IMG/VR virus record: IMGVR_UViG_3300033145_001746
Span: 34,857-98,856 of that record
Reading direction: 5' to 3' (one strand)
DNA: 64,000 nt
Source: a virus
Made by a program: the position numbers and the translations under genes. A model generated the notes under the pieces. The model was given only the letters and a program-made list of their open reading frames with translations, made no database searches and had not been told where the DNA came from. Positions 38,527 to 47,997 of this stretch are shown here, one piece after another. Position 1 is the stretch's first letter. Every line of letters starts with the position of its first letter.

Positions 38527-39291
38527 TTACCAGGTGTTAAGACACGGACTTTTAAAATCACACCAATCGCATAGCCTAGTAGGCTTTGCTATCCATCTTT
38601 CTTCATCCGTGATGCGCTGGGCATATTCAACGAGGGATTTCTTTTCTTTTAAGACATCTTCCTTATTGAAGTCGTAAGAGATTAGCATTCCGCCAAATCT
38701 CATCATAACATATGAACCTCTAAATTTATCTACGTCAGGATATTGATCTAAGAGGTAGATGCCGTATGTTCTAAGCTGAAAAGGTTCCATATACTTTGGG
38801 TTCTTATTAGTTTTGTAATCTTTAATATGAAAGGTTCCGTCTTCATCCATGTCAAGTCTGTCAACATAACCCCTTACACTAAATTCTTTGGAAAGAGGTA
38901 TGTTAAAGTCTGCTTCGAGACTAATTATCTCTGATCCAATTCCGTCAGACTCCATTCGTTTAAGGTAATCTGCCAAAAGATCTCTAGCTTCGACTAGCAC
39001 GGACTGTACGATGGAGACGCCTCTTTCTTTTTTCATAGCTTGGCGCTGCTTTTGGAAAGACTCTTTCATCATTTTCTTCAAATTTAAAGAGCCCCTATCC
39101 TTATCTATTTTAAAATTTTCATGAAAATATTCTAGTGCGCCATGTACTAAAGTTCCCAGATCAAAGTGGAGCCACTCTTTTCTGGGAAGTTTTTCTATAT
39201 AATTATAATAATATTTCCGAGGACATTGAAGATAGGTTTTAACTCTGGATGCGGACAACACCAGTGTGATATCTTTCATTTTTTTTGACAT
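38527..39291 (-). CDS. PD-(D/E)XK RecB/Cas4-like exonuclease
   Basis: LSASR...CPRKY, GTLVH..LE, RGYVDRLD, IKDYKT, QL..Y, CDWCDFKSPC (four Cys). Confidence 0.9.
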   Translation of the reverse strand: MSKKMKDITLVLSASRVKTYLQCPRKYYYNYIEKLPRKEWLHFDLGTLVHGALEYFHENFKIDKDRGSLNLKKMMKESFQKQRQAMKKERGVSIVQSVLVEARDLLADYLKRMESDGIGSEIISLEADFNIPLSKEFSVRGYVDRLDMDEDGTFHIKDYKTNKNPKYMEPFQLRTYGIYLLDQYPDVDKFRGSYVMMRFGGMLISYDFNKEDVLKEKKSLVEYAQRITDEERWIAKPTRLCDWCDFKSPCLNTW

Positions 39292-40307
39292 TTATATTTC
39301 CTTGTAGACTCATTAAGTTCATCTTTATTGTATTTTGCGTTTTTACTGAGATTATCCTCTTTTTTAAGCCACTGGTGATTTTCTGGAACAAAGGCTAATT
39401 TTACTTGCTCTTCAATGTTAAAATCGAAGGCTGATAATGGGAAAATATGATCTATATGATAATCTTCTCGATTTCCGGGACAGGGCCCAAGGTGTTTAAC
39501 TATAGCGCCATAATCAATGCCATATTTTTTAGAAGGCTTCATTTTTCCATTTTTAGAATATGACTTAAAAGCCTGACCAACTCGACACCTAAGCAGCCCT
39601 TTTAAACGAGAGGCCTCATTATTTTTTCTATAAAACCTAACAAAGCATATATGGCAAAGTGCGCCGTGGTTATAATCATATCCATAAGTGTGTTTCATTT
39701 TTTTACAATCAACACAAATGCGTTTCGGAGTCTTATAACAAGAAATACAAATTGGCTTATTATTTTCTAACTTATTTACTTCTTTATTCTTTCCACATAA
39801 AGAGCATATTTTTTTTGGCGGCCTGTAACATTTTTTACATACAACACCATTTTCATTTCTTAAATACACTTCTTTAACTTTATTACAAATAATACAGTTT
39901 TCTTTTTTGCCTTTATAGCAAGTTCCGCAAACAGGCTGGTCATTTACATAGACATTGACCTTTTTATTTCTACCACAGACAGAACAATTTTTAGGCGGTG
40001 ATTTATAGCACTTACTGCAAATCTTTTTATTTCCTTCAACTTTGCGTATAATTCCAAGACGATTACATAAAGAACATATTTTTTTAGGGGGAGAGTAGCC
40101 AATTTTGTTACAACGACCGCACAGGACTTTGTCATCTATATTTTTTTCAATAATTTGTATTTTTCCGCAAATAGAACACATTTTTTTCTTTGCGTGGTGC
40201 TTTTTATAACATCTGTCGCAAATAGGTGATTTATCTGCCGTTCTTTTTTCAACTCTCCTAATCTCGCCGCACTCAGAACACAGCTCTTTTTTTCTTACTC
40301 TAATCAC
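39276..40307 (-). CDS. HNH endonuclease with CxxC repeats (family A, copy 2)
   Basis: About seven Cys repeat units, then HLGPCPGNREDYHIDHIFPLSAFDF...PENHQWL. Confidence 0.75.
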   Translation of the reverse strand: MIRVRKKELCSECGEIRRVEKRTADKSPICDRCYKKHHAKKKMCSICGKIQIIEKNIDDKVLCGRCNKIGYSPPKKICSLCNRLGIIRKVEGNKKICSKCYKSPPKNCSVCGRNKKVNVYVNDQPVCGTCYKGKKENCIICNKVKEVYLRNENGVVCKKCYRPPKKICSLCGKNKEVNKLENNKPICISCYKTPKRICVDCKKMKHTYGYDYNHGALCHICFVRFYRKNNEASRLKGLLRCRVGQAFKSYSKNGKMKPSKKYGIDYGAIVKHLGPCPGNREDYHIDHIFPLSAFDFNIEEQVKLAFVPENHQWLKKEDNLSKNAKYNKDELNESTRKYKCQKK

Positions 40308-41056
40308 AAGTTTTCTCTAAAATTGTTTTTGACATTTAATTTTCCTATATAATTTGTAAATTCTTTCTTATCATATTTCGCACTCTTTATAAGATTATCT
40401 TTCTTTTCGAGCCATTGATGATTTTCTGGAGCAAAAGCTAATTTTATTTGTTCTTCACAATTAAAATCAAAGGCTGATAGTGGAAAAATATGGTCAATAT
40501 GATAATTTTCTCTCTCTCCTGGACACGGGCCAAGATGTTTTATGATAGCTTCATAGTTGACGCCATACTGAGAAATCTTTTTCTTTTTAGATTTGATAGC
40601 ATTTATAAAACGACTCCTTAATATACATCTTATTCTATAATTGGAATCTGTATTATATCGATGGTTGTGTAAACATTTTTGACAGAATCTTACTTTTCCA
40701 TCAGTTTTCTTTATTACTCTAATATCTCCACAAATAGTACACTTACGAAGTGGCCTTTTATAACATTTTTGACAAAGTGGTTTTCCGTTATTTTTAGACC
40801 AGATAGGGGAGTTTTCCCCGCACTTAAAACACCGATTTTTAGGAGGATTGTAGCAGGAACTACAAATTAACTTATTACCAATAATTTCTTTTATAACTTT
40901 AACTTCTCCACATTTTGAGCATATTTGTTTTGGACGAATATATTGTTTATAATAATTCTTCACATATTGTCTATGATTACATTTACTACACTTGCCAAAG
41001 CTAGAACATTTTTTAGTTATAAATTTGGTTCCACCGCATTCAACACATTTTTTCAT
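40304..41056 (-). CDS. HNH endonuclease with CxxC repeats (family A, copy 3)
   Basis: About four Cys repeat units, then HLGPCPGERENYHIDHIFPLSAFDF...PENHQWL. Confidence 0.75.
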   Translation of the reverse strand: MKKCVECGGTKFITKKCSSFGKCSKCNHRQYVKNYYKQYIRPKQICSKCGEVKVIKEIIGNKLICSSCYNPPKNRCFKCGENSPIWSKNNGKPLCQKCYKRPLRKCTICGDIRVIKKTDGKVRFCQKCLHNHRYNTDSNYRIRCILRSRFINAIKSKKKKISQYGVNYEAIIKHLGPCPGERENYHIDHIFPLSAFDFNCEEQIKLAFAPENHQWLEKKDNLIKSAKYDKKEFTNYIGKLNVKNNFRENL

Positions 41057-41959
41057 CTATATCGCACTTCTCTTATTGTAAACCCATTTAAAAACTATTG
41101 CCGGTCCAACTGCTGTTCTTACCCCAACATTTTTGGGCACAGTCTCTGGGTCAAAACTTTGAATACTTTTAATCCAGCGGGTTTCATTATGGTTAAAATA
41201 ATAGGAAACAGAAGTCCCTGTATTATAATTATAAAGAGTTCTAACATGGCCACCAGACACATAAGGCTGTGGTTCGTACATGGTTTTTCCTTGTAAATAT
41301 TTGGTTATATCATGCGTACTGCCCCAGGGACGATTGATTGGATATATCGACTGATCTTGATAGCCATCCCGTCCATCCATGGTAATGTATAGTGACTTAG
41401 GATTGAAATATACATTATTATTGTTGGGAGAGCTAGCATCTGTGTCAACTGCTGATGCTTTATCCAATTGTTCTTGTGGCACAGGGCCAAGTAGCAGTAA
41501 AGTCCCGGGACTAGCAACTGGCAACCCGGTTCGCGAATATTTGAGTTCCAAATCCACAAGTTCATAATCTGAAGACCTAACTGGAACAATTACGTCTCCC
41601 CTAGAATCTGGGCCATATCCATCTGTGAGGACATTATCTACGCCATAAGCATTTACTGCGATACCTATTCCAAGATCTTCTGTACGCCTTGGATAGGTGA
41701 GTTCTGTAGAATCTGTACTATAAAAAATATTAAGTGTGCCACTATCAACTCCACTTATCGCAAGTGCTCTCAGTCGCACAGAAACGGCGGTCGGCATCTC
41801 TATTGGCTCTACATAGACCTCAGAAAAAGCAGTGGGCTCAGTTCCATCCACGGTATAAAATATCGTAGACGGAATATTAGTTACAAGTTTCACAGCTTGT
41901 GGTATTCCAGATATAAGTTCTACGGATGATCCAGTAGCAGTAATTGTAATGACCGCCAT
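41057..41959 (-). CDS. Protein with an N-terminal FN3-associated/chitobiase C-terminal-like domain, possibly virion structural
   Basis: IFYTVDGTEPT..S..Y..PI motif. Confidence 0.55.
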   Translation of the reverse strand: MAVITITATGSSVELISGIPQAVKLVTNIPSTIFYTVDGTEPTAFSEVYVEPIEMPTAVSVRLRALAISGVDSGTLNIFYSTDSTELTYPRRTEDLGIGIAVNAYGVDNVLTDGYGPDSRGDVIVPVRSSDYELVDLELKYSRTGLPVASPGTLLLLGPVPQEQLDKASAVDTDASSPNNNNVYFNPKSLYITMDGRDGYQDQSIYPINRPWGSTHDITKYLQGKTMYEPQPYVSGGHVRTLYNYNTGTSVSYYFNHNETRWIKSIQSFDPETVPKNVGVRTAVGPAIVFKWVYNKRSAI

Positions 41960-41976
41960 TAAAAAATATTCTCCTT

Positions 41977-42153
41977 TTATTTTGGTTCGGGTTCCCTATA
42001 AGTAACTATAAAGACCCCTTCTTCTAGTTTCTTCCACCTACACATATCAATAAATTCTAACAGCTTGTGGCCACTGAGTTCCTTATACCAAAAATCCACA
42101 GCTTTTCTGACAGCCCTACGCTTGTTTCGTGCGCTGAATACTTTAACGAGCAT
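41977..42153 (-). CDS. 58-aa hypothetical protein (not in the ORF track)
   Basis: MLVKVFSARNKRRAVRKAVDFWYKELSGHKLLEFIDMCRWKKLEEGVFIVTYREPEPK*; strong SD GGAGGTG; fills the gap exactly. Confidence 0.65.
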   Translation of the reverse strand: MLVKVFSARNKRRAVRKAVDFWYKELSGHKLLEFIDMCRWKKLEEGVFIVTYREPEPK

Positions 42154-42154
42154 C

Positions 42155-42177
42155 GTGCACCTCCATCAGGGGTGCAC
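42155..42177 (-). promoter_or_regulatory. Hairpin sequestering the SD of the 58-aa gene
   Basis: GTGCACCCC-TGAT-GGAGGTGCAC immediately before the ATG. Confidence 0.45.
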
Positions 42178-42221
42178 AGTGCCTTAATTATCGTACACCC
42201 AACATACTCATAGGTAAAATG

Positions 42222-42779
42222 TTATCTTGCCGTTCCATCTATTCCTCCAAAAGCTTCTAGTTGGCGATATATAATATCAACTTGTGAGTGAAGTTGTTCT
42301 AAATTTCCGCTATTATCTATAAGTGGATAACCTAAAAGTGATATCAAGCCTATGCCACGAGTTTCTTTGAGGTGTGTATCTCCATCAAAATCTTGGCTCC
42401 AATCTCTTATGACTAACGCAATATAGGCTCCAGCATCTTTTATTGCCCGCAACTCCATATTTGTTCTTATATCTGATACTACAGCTGGTTGTCCAAAACT
42501 CCGTATAGCTTCAATAATAGGATCTATGAAAAACATATAGCCATGTTCGCCCTTCATCCTAGCGCTATAAGCCCAAAGTCCGTCTCTCCATGTTTTTTCT
42601 TTTTCCGTGCCCCTAGATGCCTTAAACTTATCTTCATCTATTCCTATCGAAGAAAAGTAACTATTTTTAATCTCGTCGGCGAACGCAAAACGCTTAACTC
42701 CATGTTTTTCAACGAGAAATTTGGCTACTTCATCTTTCCCCGAAGCGGGGGCTCCGATCAATCCTAATATAACATTCAT
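42222..42779 (-). CDS. Deoxynucleoside monophosphate kinase
   Basis: GLIGAPASGKD, FAFADEIK, VVSDIRTNME. Confidence 0.85.
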   Translation of the reverse strand: MNVILGLIGAPASGKDEVAKFLVEKHGVKRFAFADEIKNSYFSSIGIDEDKFKASRGTEKEKTWRDGLWAYSARMKGEHGYMFFIDPIIEAIRSFGQPAVVSDIRTNMELRAIKDAGAYIALVIRDWSQDFDGDTHLKETRGIGLISLLGYPLIDNSGNLEQLHSQVDIIYRQLEAFGGIDGTAR

Positions 42780-42814
42780 TCTAACTCCTCTAAATAGCAG
42801 AAAATTGATAGGTT

Positions 42815-45016
42815 TTACTGTCTTAGTATACTTCCAGCGGGGCCTTTTTGAATAGTTATAATGTTTTCAAACTTTTCTTTCATTGGTTCGCTATGGGTAA
42901 TAACCAGAATTTTTAAGTCTTTTGATAGTACGTGTATGATATCTGATAAGGTTTCAATGCCCTGTTTATCCAGAGCCTGATCTACCTCATCAAGCAGTAA
43001 AAACTTCACATTACTGCCTACTCGTCGCATTAAAAGCTGACTTAGGGCTAGTCTAAGTGCTATAGAGATCCTTACCTGCTCTCCGCCGCTTAGATCTTCA
43101 AAGTCAAGAATCGCACTACCAATTGAGATGGTAATATCAAAATTCTCTTTCCATGCCCCAGAAGCAGTTTGTTTTTGAGTTATAAAGTCAATAGTCATTG
43201 GATCGCTACAAATCTTCTTCAAAACAGAATTAGTGTATTTCTTTAAGTCTTCTGTAACGTTTTCCATAATGATTGCTTGAATACCATCTTTTCCAAAAGC
43301 TTTTGTCAAATTGGAATATATGTCAGCACTGGTCACAATCTTATCTCTCTGGTCTATAATAACTTGTCTCTCAGAAATTCTCCTTTCAAGTTCTTCTGAG
43401 TATCCTTCTAGGTGTCCTAGCTGTACGCTAAACTCTACCATTTCTTTTCGTATGCTATCAACTCTCAAAATGGTATTATTTCTATCAACAATAGCTTCTT
43501 CCAGTTCCTGTTCTACCTTACCACTCTTGCTGTGTAAATCTATAAGAGACATTGCCCGTTCTTTTTCTTTCTTGAGTTGCCCCCACTTCTCAACAAGCTC
43601 TATAATCTCTCTTTGTATAACTTCATTTCTTCTAATAGAATCTGTCTTAACAGACGCCCTTTTAGATATTATAAGTCTCTTTCTTTCTACTTCTACCATA
43701 GACTTGTAAGAACGATCAATCATAGATCGTTCTTCTTCAATTAGTATATCCAATTCAACTATAAGTGCCTGCTCTTTTTCTATCCTCTTTAGAATGAAGT
43801 TTTCTTTACTTTTTCTTCTAGCCATTACACTTTTGGGATTACTAACTTCCAACAAACAAGTAGGGCACTCTTTCCCTGGTTCTAAGAATCTAAGATTCTT
43901 TAAATCAAGTTTCAACTGGAATAGGTTCTGATTGTGGCTTAGTCTTTTATCCCTGTTAGCGTCAAGAAGGGCTTGGCCGCACCTAGAGTCGAGAACGGAT
44001 TCTTTAGATAATTCAATAAACATCTTAACGGCTTCATCTCTTTGTTTGGAGGACACTAGCATAACATCTTTTAGCAGAAGCAAAATTTGCTTTTCAAGCT
44101 CTGCGCAATCCTGATCAGCATTAGCTATATGTGCATTGTTAAGCTTTACCTCTCTTCGGAGATCATCCTTGCGAGCCTTTATTTCTTTAGCTTTAGTAGA
44201 TATCCTTGTACGCTCTTCCTTAACCTTTTTAACACTCATACTATTACTTGAGGCCATAGAAACTTCTAGTTTAGAAACGATTTCCTTCTTTTTCCTTAAA
44301 GTATTTTCTACTATAGCAATATTACCTCTCAGCTTTGAGATCGATTCTTTCGCTTCTTTTATCTTCCCGTCGTTTTCAGCTTTCTTGACGTCTATGTTGC
44401 CAATAAATTTAATTCTTTCTTCTAAAACATCTGTTTGAGAAGTTAAATTCTTCTCTGTGTCCTTGGCCGCTTTTTGAAAATCGTCCCATATCCCTATTTG
44501 TAGAACTTCTTTAAGTATCTCTTTTCTTTTAGCTGTGCTTGCCGCAGCAAATCCAGAGATATCGTTTTGTCTGAAGTAGTTGGAATTGACAAATGTATCA
44601 TCATTCATGTTAATAATTTCAACAATTTTACGATTTGTCATTGTGGCGGTGTCGCATGTTAAACCGTCTGATTCCCACTTATCCTTGAATTTTTTATAGA
44701 AAATAACATCCGTGACTCCCGACTTTTTGTTAGTTCGTCTCTGAATCTTATATGTGTCATTATTTGACTTAAATTCAAATATAACTTTACAGGAGGCTTT
44801 TCCTCTTTTAACAACCTTATTCTTATTTGTAAAGCGGCTTTTGCCATAAAGAGCCCACCTCATAGCATCAAAAATCGCGCTCTTTCCCACACCGTTAGAG
44901 ATATCTGGATTTCCACTGTGTGCGCCAACTAAAAGTGCCACGTTAAACTGTGTAAAGTCTAACACCGAACATACATGAGATATAAAGTCTTCCATTGATA
45001 ATTTAAGCGGAATCAT
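42815..45016 (-). CDS. sbcC: SbcC/Rad50-like ATPase
   Basis: NGVGKS Walker A, coiled coils, CPTC hook, LSGGEQ signature, LLLDEVD, VITH. Confidence 0.95.
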   Translation of the reverse strand: MIPLKLSMEDFISHVCSVLDFTQFNVALLVGAHSGNPDISNGVGKSAIFDAMRWALYGKSRFTNKNKVVKRGKASCKVIFEFKSNNDTYKIQRRTNKKSGVTDVIFYKKFKDKWESDGLTCDTATMTNRKIVEIINMNDDTFVNSNYFRQNDISGFAAASTAKRKEILKEVLQIGIWDDFQKAAKDTEKNLTSQTDVLEERIKFIGNIDVKKAENDGKIKEAKESISKLRGNIAIVENTLRKKKEIVSKLEVSMASSNSMSVKKVKEERTRISTKAKEIKARKDDLRREVKLNNAHIANADQDCAELEKQILLLLKDVMLVSSKQRDEAVKMFIELSKESVLDSRCGQALLDANRDKRLSHNQNLFQLKLDLKNLRFLEPGKECPTCLLEVSNPKSVMARRKSKENFILKRIEKEQALIVELDILIEEERSMIDRSYKSMVEVERKRLIISKRASVKTDSIRRNEVIQREIIELVEKWGQLKKEKERAMSLIDLHSKSGKVEQELEEAIVDRNNTILRVDSIRKEMVEFSVQLGHLEGYSEELERRISERQVIIDQRDKIVTSADIYSNLTKAFGKDGIQAIIMENVTEDLKKYTNSVLKKICSDPMTIDFITQKQTASGAWKENFDITISIGSAILDFEDLSGGEQVRISIALRLALSQLLMRRVGSNVKFLLLDEVDQALDKQGIETLSDIIHVLSKDLKILVITHSEPMKEKFENIITIQKGPAGSILRQ

Positions 45017-46212
45017 CTCTTTCTCTCCTTGATTATCTTACTTCCAATGGCCTTCATCTTTTCTCTCATATTAGGATCTTCAACTAAATCCAAATAGTCC
45101 AAAAATGACCCTAGAGGATCCTTGCGTTCCGTTATGCTGGATTTACGCAACTGCCTTTTTGTAATTACTTGTGTATGAATATTTATACAGTTATGAACTT
45201 TCAACTCATCTTGTGTAAATGTCTCTATCATATTTTTATCTAAGTCATAAAGAGACTTTTCATTTATAAATATATGAATTCTTATTATAGACCCAACCAT
45301 CTCGTTTTTCTTTGAAAACTCTTTTAAATACTTAATACAGTTTTTAGTTACTTTGACACCACTTTTAAGAGATGATTGATCAATAGTAATGTCATGGATA
45401 GGTCGAACTGGTAATTTTTCAAAACAAAACGATATGTCATCTTTTTCTGTATTAATCACAAGGAAATATTTTTCGTGTTTCGCATCACCAAAATTTTTCT
45501 TCTCCATAGACCCTATATAGGTAATGAGCGGACTCTTTTTAATGATTTGGTGTGGATGTATGTGTCCCATTATCGCGCCATCTAACTTCTTAAACATGCT
45601 TGGGGGAAGAACGACTTCTCCTCCATGTCCTTCTAGAACGTTATTCCCCAACACAGTTCCCTGAAACATGAAGTGCCCCACCAATATCTTTGGGCCTTGT
45701 GCGATGCTACTGACTTCATATTGTAACCTATCTTTAAGTTTGCTTACAGCTTCATCATTTGTTTTACAGTCCAACATTCTTCTTGTCCTAAAAGGAAAAA
45801 ATATCACATTAATGACGTCTGGACTTCCATCGCTACATATTACACTACCTATATCAGTATAAATATGTACCTTTGGTAATTTAAGTTTTCTAAGCACATC
45901 AATAGTTGTAGCTCTTTGTGCCTGTATAAGATCGTGGTTACCAATAACAATATGTGTATGTATCCCAGTTTCCGACAATCTATGTATCTTTTCAGAAAAC
46001 AGGCTAAGTTCAGAGGCTGATGGCCTACGATACTCGAAAATATCACCAGTGAGGATGAAGTGCCGCACACCTGCACTTATCATGTAATCTACAACATAAT
46101 CAAATGTGTTGGAGAAATCAATAAGTCGGGTGTTAAGCTGTTTTTGAGTATCGATTTTACCTAATGAGTAGCCTCCTCCAAAATGTGTATCACCAAGTAT
46201 AACTATCTTCAC
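45013..46212 (-). CDS. sbcD: SbcD/Mre11-like nuclease
   Basis: GDTH, GDIF, GNHD and GHIH metallophosphoesterase motifs; adjacent to sbcC. Confidence 0.95.
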   Translation of the reverse strand: MKIVILGDTHFGGGYSLGKIDTQKQLNTRLIDFSNTFDYVVDYMISAGVRHFILTGDIFEYRRPSASELSLFSEKIHRLSETGIHTHIVIGNHDLIQAQRATTIDVLRKLKLPKVHIYTDIGSVICSDGSPDVINVIFFPFRTRRMLDCKTNDEAVSKLKDRLQYEVSSIAQGPKILVGHFMFQGTVLGNNVLEGHGGEVVLPPSMFKKLDGAIMGHIHPHQIIKKSPLITYIGSMEKKNFGDAKHEKYFLVINTEKDDISFCFEKLPVRPIHDITIDQSSLKSGVKVTKNCIKYLKEFSKKNEMVGSIIRIHIFINEKSLYDLDKNMIETFTQDELKVHNCINIHTQVITKRQLRKSSITERKDPLGSFLDYLDLVEDPNMREKMKAIGSKIIKERKR

Positions 46213-47342
46213 ATTGTCTCCTTAAACGTTTTCCAGTCCATTTCCCACATAAATATAACTTTATAACCGAACTTATCTAATGTTTGGAGTTTTTCTAACG
46301 TATTTAAATATAATTTGCCAAATGTGGTTTTAGTAATCGGATTAATATCATTAGTGTTATATACTTTTGGATTACCGTGCCAAAAATCTCCTAAAAATTC
46401 ATAAACTATATTATTGTCTTTATCTAAACCGTCAACTCGATATGTTTTCTTGCCACACTTTATTGGCTGTTCTCTTAGCGAAATACCTAAACCATCAAGC
46501 CATAAAGATCCAGATTTTGATATAGTTTTTGAACAATGTGGGCAACCATTGCCTCTTACTCTGCTAACAATTGAAGCTTGCCATTCATGATTGTTTTTAC
46601 AAATCCACCATACTTTTTTATTGGATCCAGATGTAAACTCATTATATTTGGTAATATTTCTATAATTCCACTCTTTTAATAACTCGGGATGAGTTGTTTC
46701 TAAGCAATTGTCTTTACAAACCTTTTGATTGGAACAATACGGGCAACCCCTATTTTTTGTTGCCCTGTTGCTTAAATTTGCTTTCCATTCATGTCCGTTT
46801 TTACAAATCCACCATATCTTTTTTCTTGATCCAAAACTAATTTCTTTCGATGTTATTTTATTTTTTAGTGGGTGCCATTCTTTTGATAACTTTGGATGCG
46901 TATTATATAAACAATTCTCTTTAGTTAGAAAACGACCTGAACAATATGGACATCCTGCCTTTAATTTTTGATTGGTTCTACTATAAATATGTGCTTCCCA
47001 CTCATGGCCCTTATCACAAAACCACCACACTTTTTTATCAGCTCCAAAACTTACTTCATCGGGCCTTATAATATTTTTTCTATAATTCCACTCTTTTAAT
47101 AACTCGGGATGAGTTGTTTCTAAACAGTTGTCTTTACAAACCTTTTGATTGGAACAATACGGACATCCTCTTCCTTTTGATAATCTACTATTTCCAGATG
47201 CCTCCCACTCATGCCCTTTTTCGCAAATCCACCATATTTTTTTACTAGTCCCAGCTGCTATTTCGCTCGGCTTCACCACATTCTTTTTATAATTCCATTC
47301 CTCCATTAAATTTGGAAAAGATGTTATAACTTTTTTTACCAT
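46209..47342 (-). CDS. Putative homing endonuclease: DUF4379-like repeats + Vsr-like domain (family B)
   Basis: Four EW..KN...KK.WW.C..GHEW.A...GCPYC repeats (partly identical at DNA level), then VDGLD...VYEFLGDFWHGNP. Confidence 0.75.
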   Translation of the reverse strand: MVKKVITSFPNLMEEWNYKKNVVKPSEIAAGTSKKIWWICEKGHEWEASGNSRLSKGRGCPYCSNQKVCKDNCLETTHPELLKEWNYRKNIIRPDEVSFGADKKVWWFCDKGHEWEAHIYSRTNQKLKAGCPYCSGRFLTKENCLYNTHPKLSKEWHPLKNKITSKEISFGSRKKIWWICKNGHEWKANLSNRATKNRGCPYCSNQKVCKDNCLETTHPELLKEWNYRNITKYNEFTSGSNKKVWWICKNNHEWQASIVSRVRGNGCPHCSKTISKSGSLWLDGLGISLREQPIKCGKKTYRVDGLDKDNNIVYEFLGDFWHGNPKVYNTNDINPITKTTFGKLYLNTLEKLQTLDKFGYKVIFMWEMDWKTFKETM

Positions 47343-47343
47343 A

Positions 47344-47997
47344 TTACGTTTTAATTTTACCTCGATTATTAATGCTTTTCATAACCTTTTCAGATAAATC
47401 TTTCGCATATTCCCAATCTTCGTGTCCTACATTAGAAAGGAATTCATCTACTTTGGCACCAACTTTTTCAATCCATTTAAGTTCTTTTTTGAAATTTTTA
47501 GAGCCAGCAAACCTTGTAATATGGTTTCTCATAACTGCGCTAATATCAAATAAGTATGGTTCTATTGTTTTAGATAGGTCAAAAGATGGTATAAATTCTT
47601 CAAGGGCATCTAACTGGAGTTCATCCCATTTTCCATCTTTGTCGATTAAACCTATCTCTTTGCCCAGTTTTTGTAGAGCCACTAACGGTGGCGTGCCGTC
47701 TATTAAGCTAACAAAATCTATGACGGTTCCACTGGTATTACACGCAAAACAAAAAAATGAATTCGTGCGGTCTGAAATGAACAATGAGGGAGTTCTTTCC
47801 TTGCCATCTGTTCCCTTACCTCTATGAAAAGGACAATGACTTCTATGAGTAAATTCTTGACCCGTTATTTTGGGTTCCAGGCGAAGGCCATACTTTCTCA
47901 TTAACTCTACAATGGGCATTTTAGAAATGATGGCATTTCTAAATCTCCAAGCCCTATTTGGATCTTCTCCTAAAAAGCCCATATCTTTCTCCACCAC
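47344..47997 (-). CDS. Stand-alone primase CHC2 zinc-binding domain protein
   Basis: CPFH...ERTPSLFI...FFCFAC...GTVIDFV...AL..L. Confidence 0.85.
   Translation of the reverse strand: MVEKDMGFLGEDPNRAWRFRNAIISKMPIVELMRKYGLRLEPKITGQEFTHRSHCPFHRGKGTDGKERTPSLFISDRTNSFFCFACNTSGTVIDFVSLIDGTPPLVALQKLGKEIGLIDKDGKWDELQLDALEEFIPSFDLSKTIEPYLFDISAVMRNHITRFAGSKNFKKELKWIEKVGAKVDEFLSNVGHEDWEYAKDLSEKVMKSINNRGKIKT

Noticed and set aside
38527-39291. Cas4-like nuclease as evidence of a CRISPR-Cas system
   Set aside because: No repeat-spacer array or other cas genes were seen; solo PD-(D/E)XK nucleases are common in phages.
46650-47165. Exact DNA repeats in endonuclease genes (also ~58310-58555) as DGR template/variable repeats or CRISPR repeats
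   Set aside because: They are in-frame copies of protein repeat units; no reverse transcriptase or adenine-specific mismatch pattern was seen.
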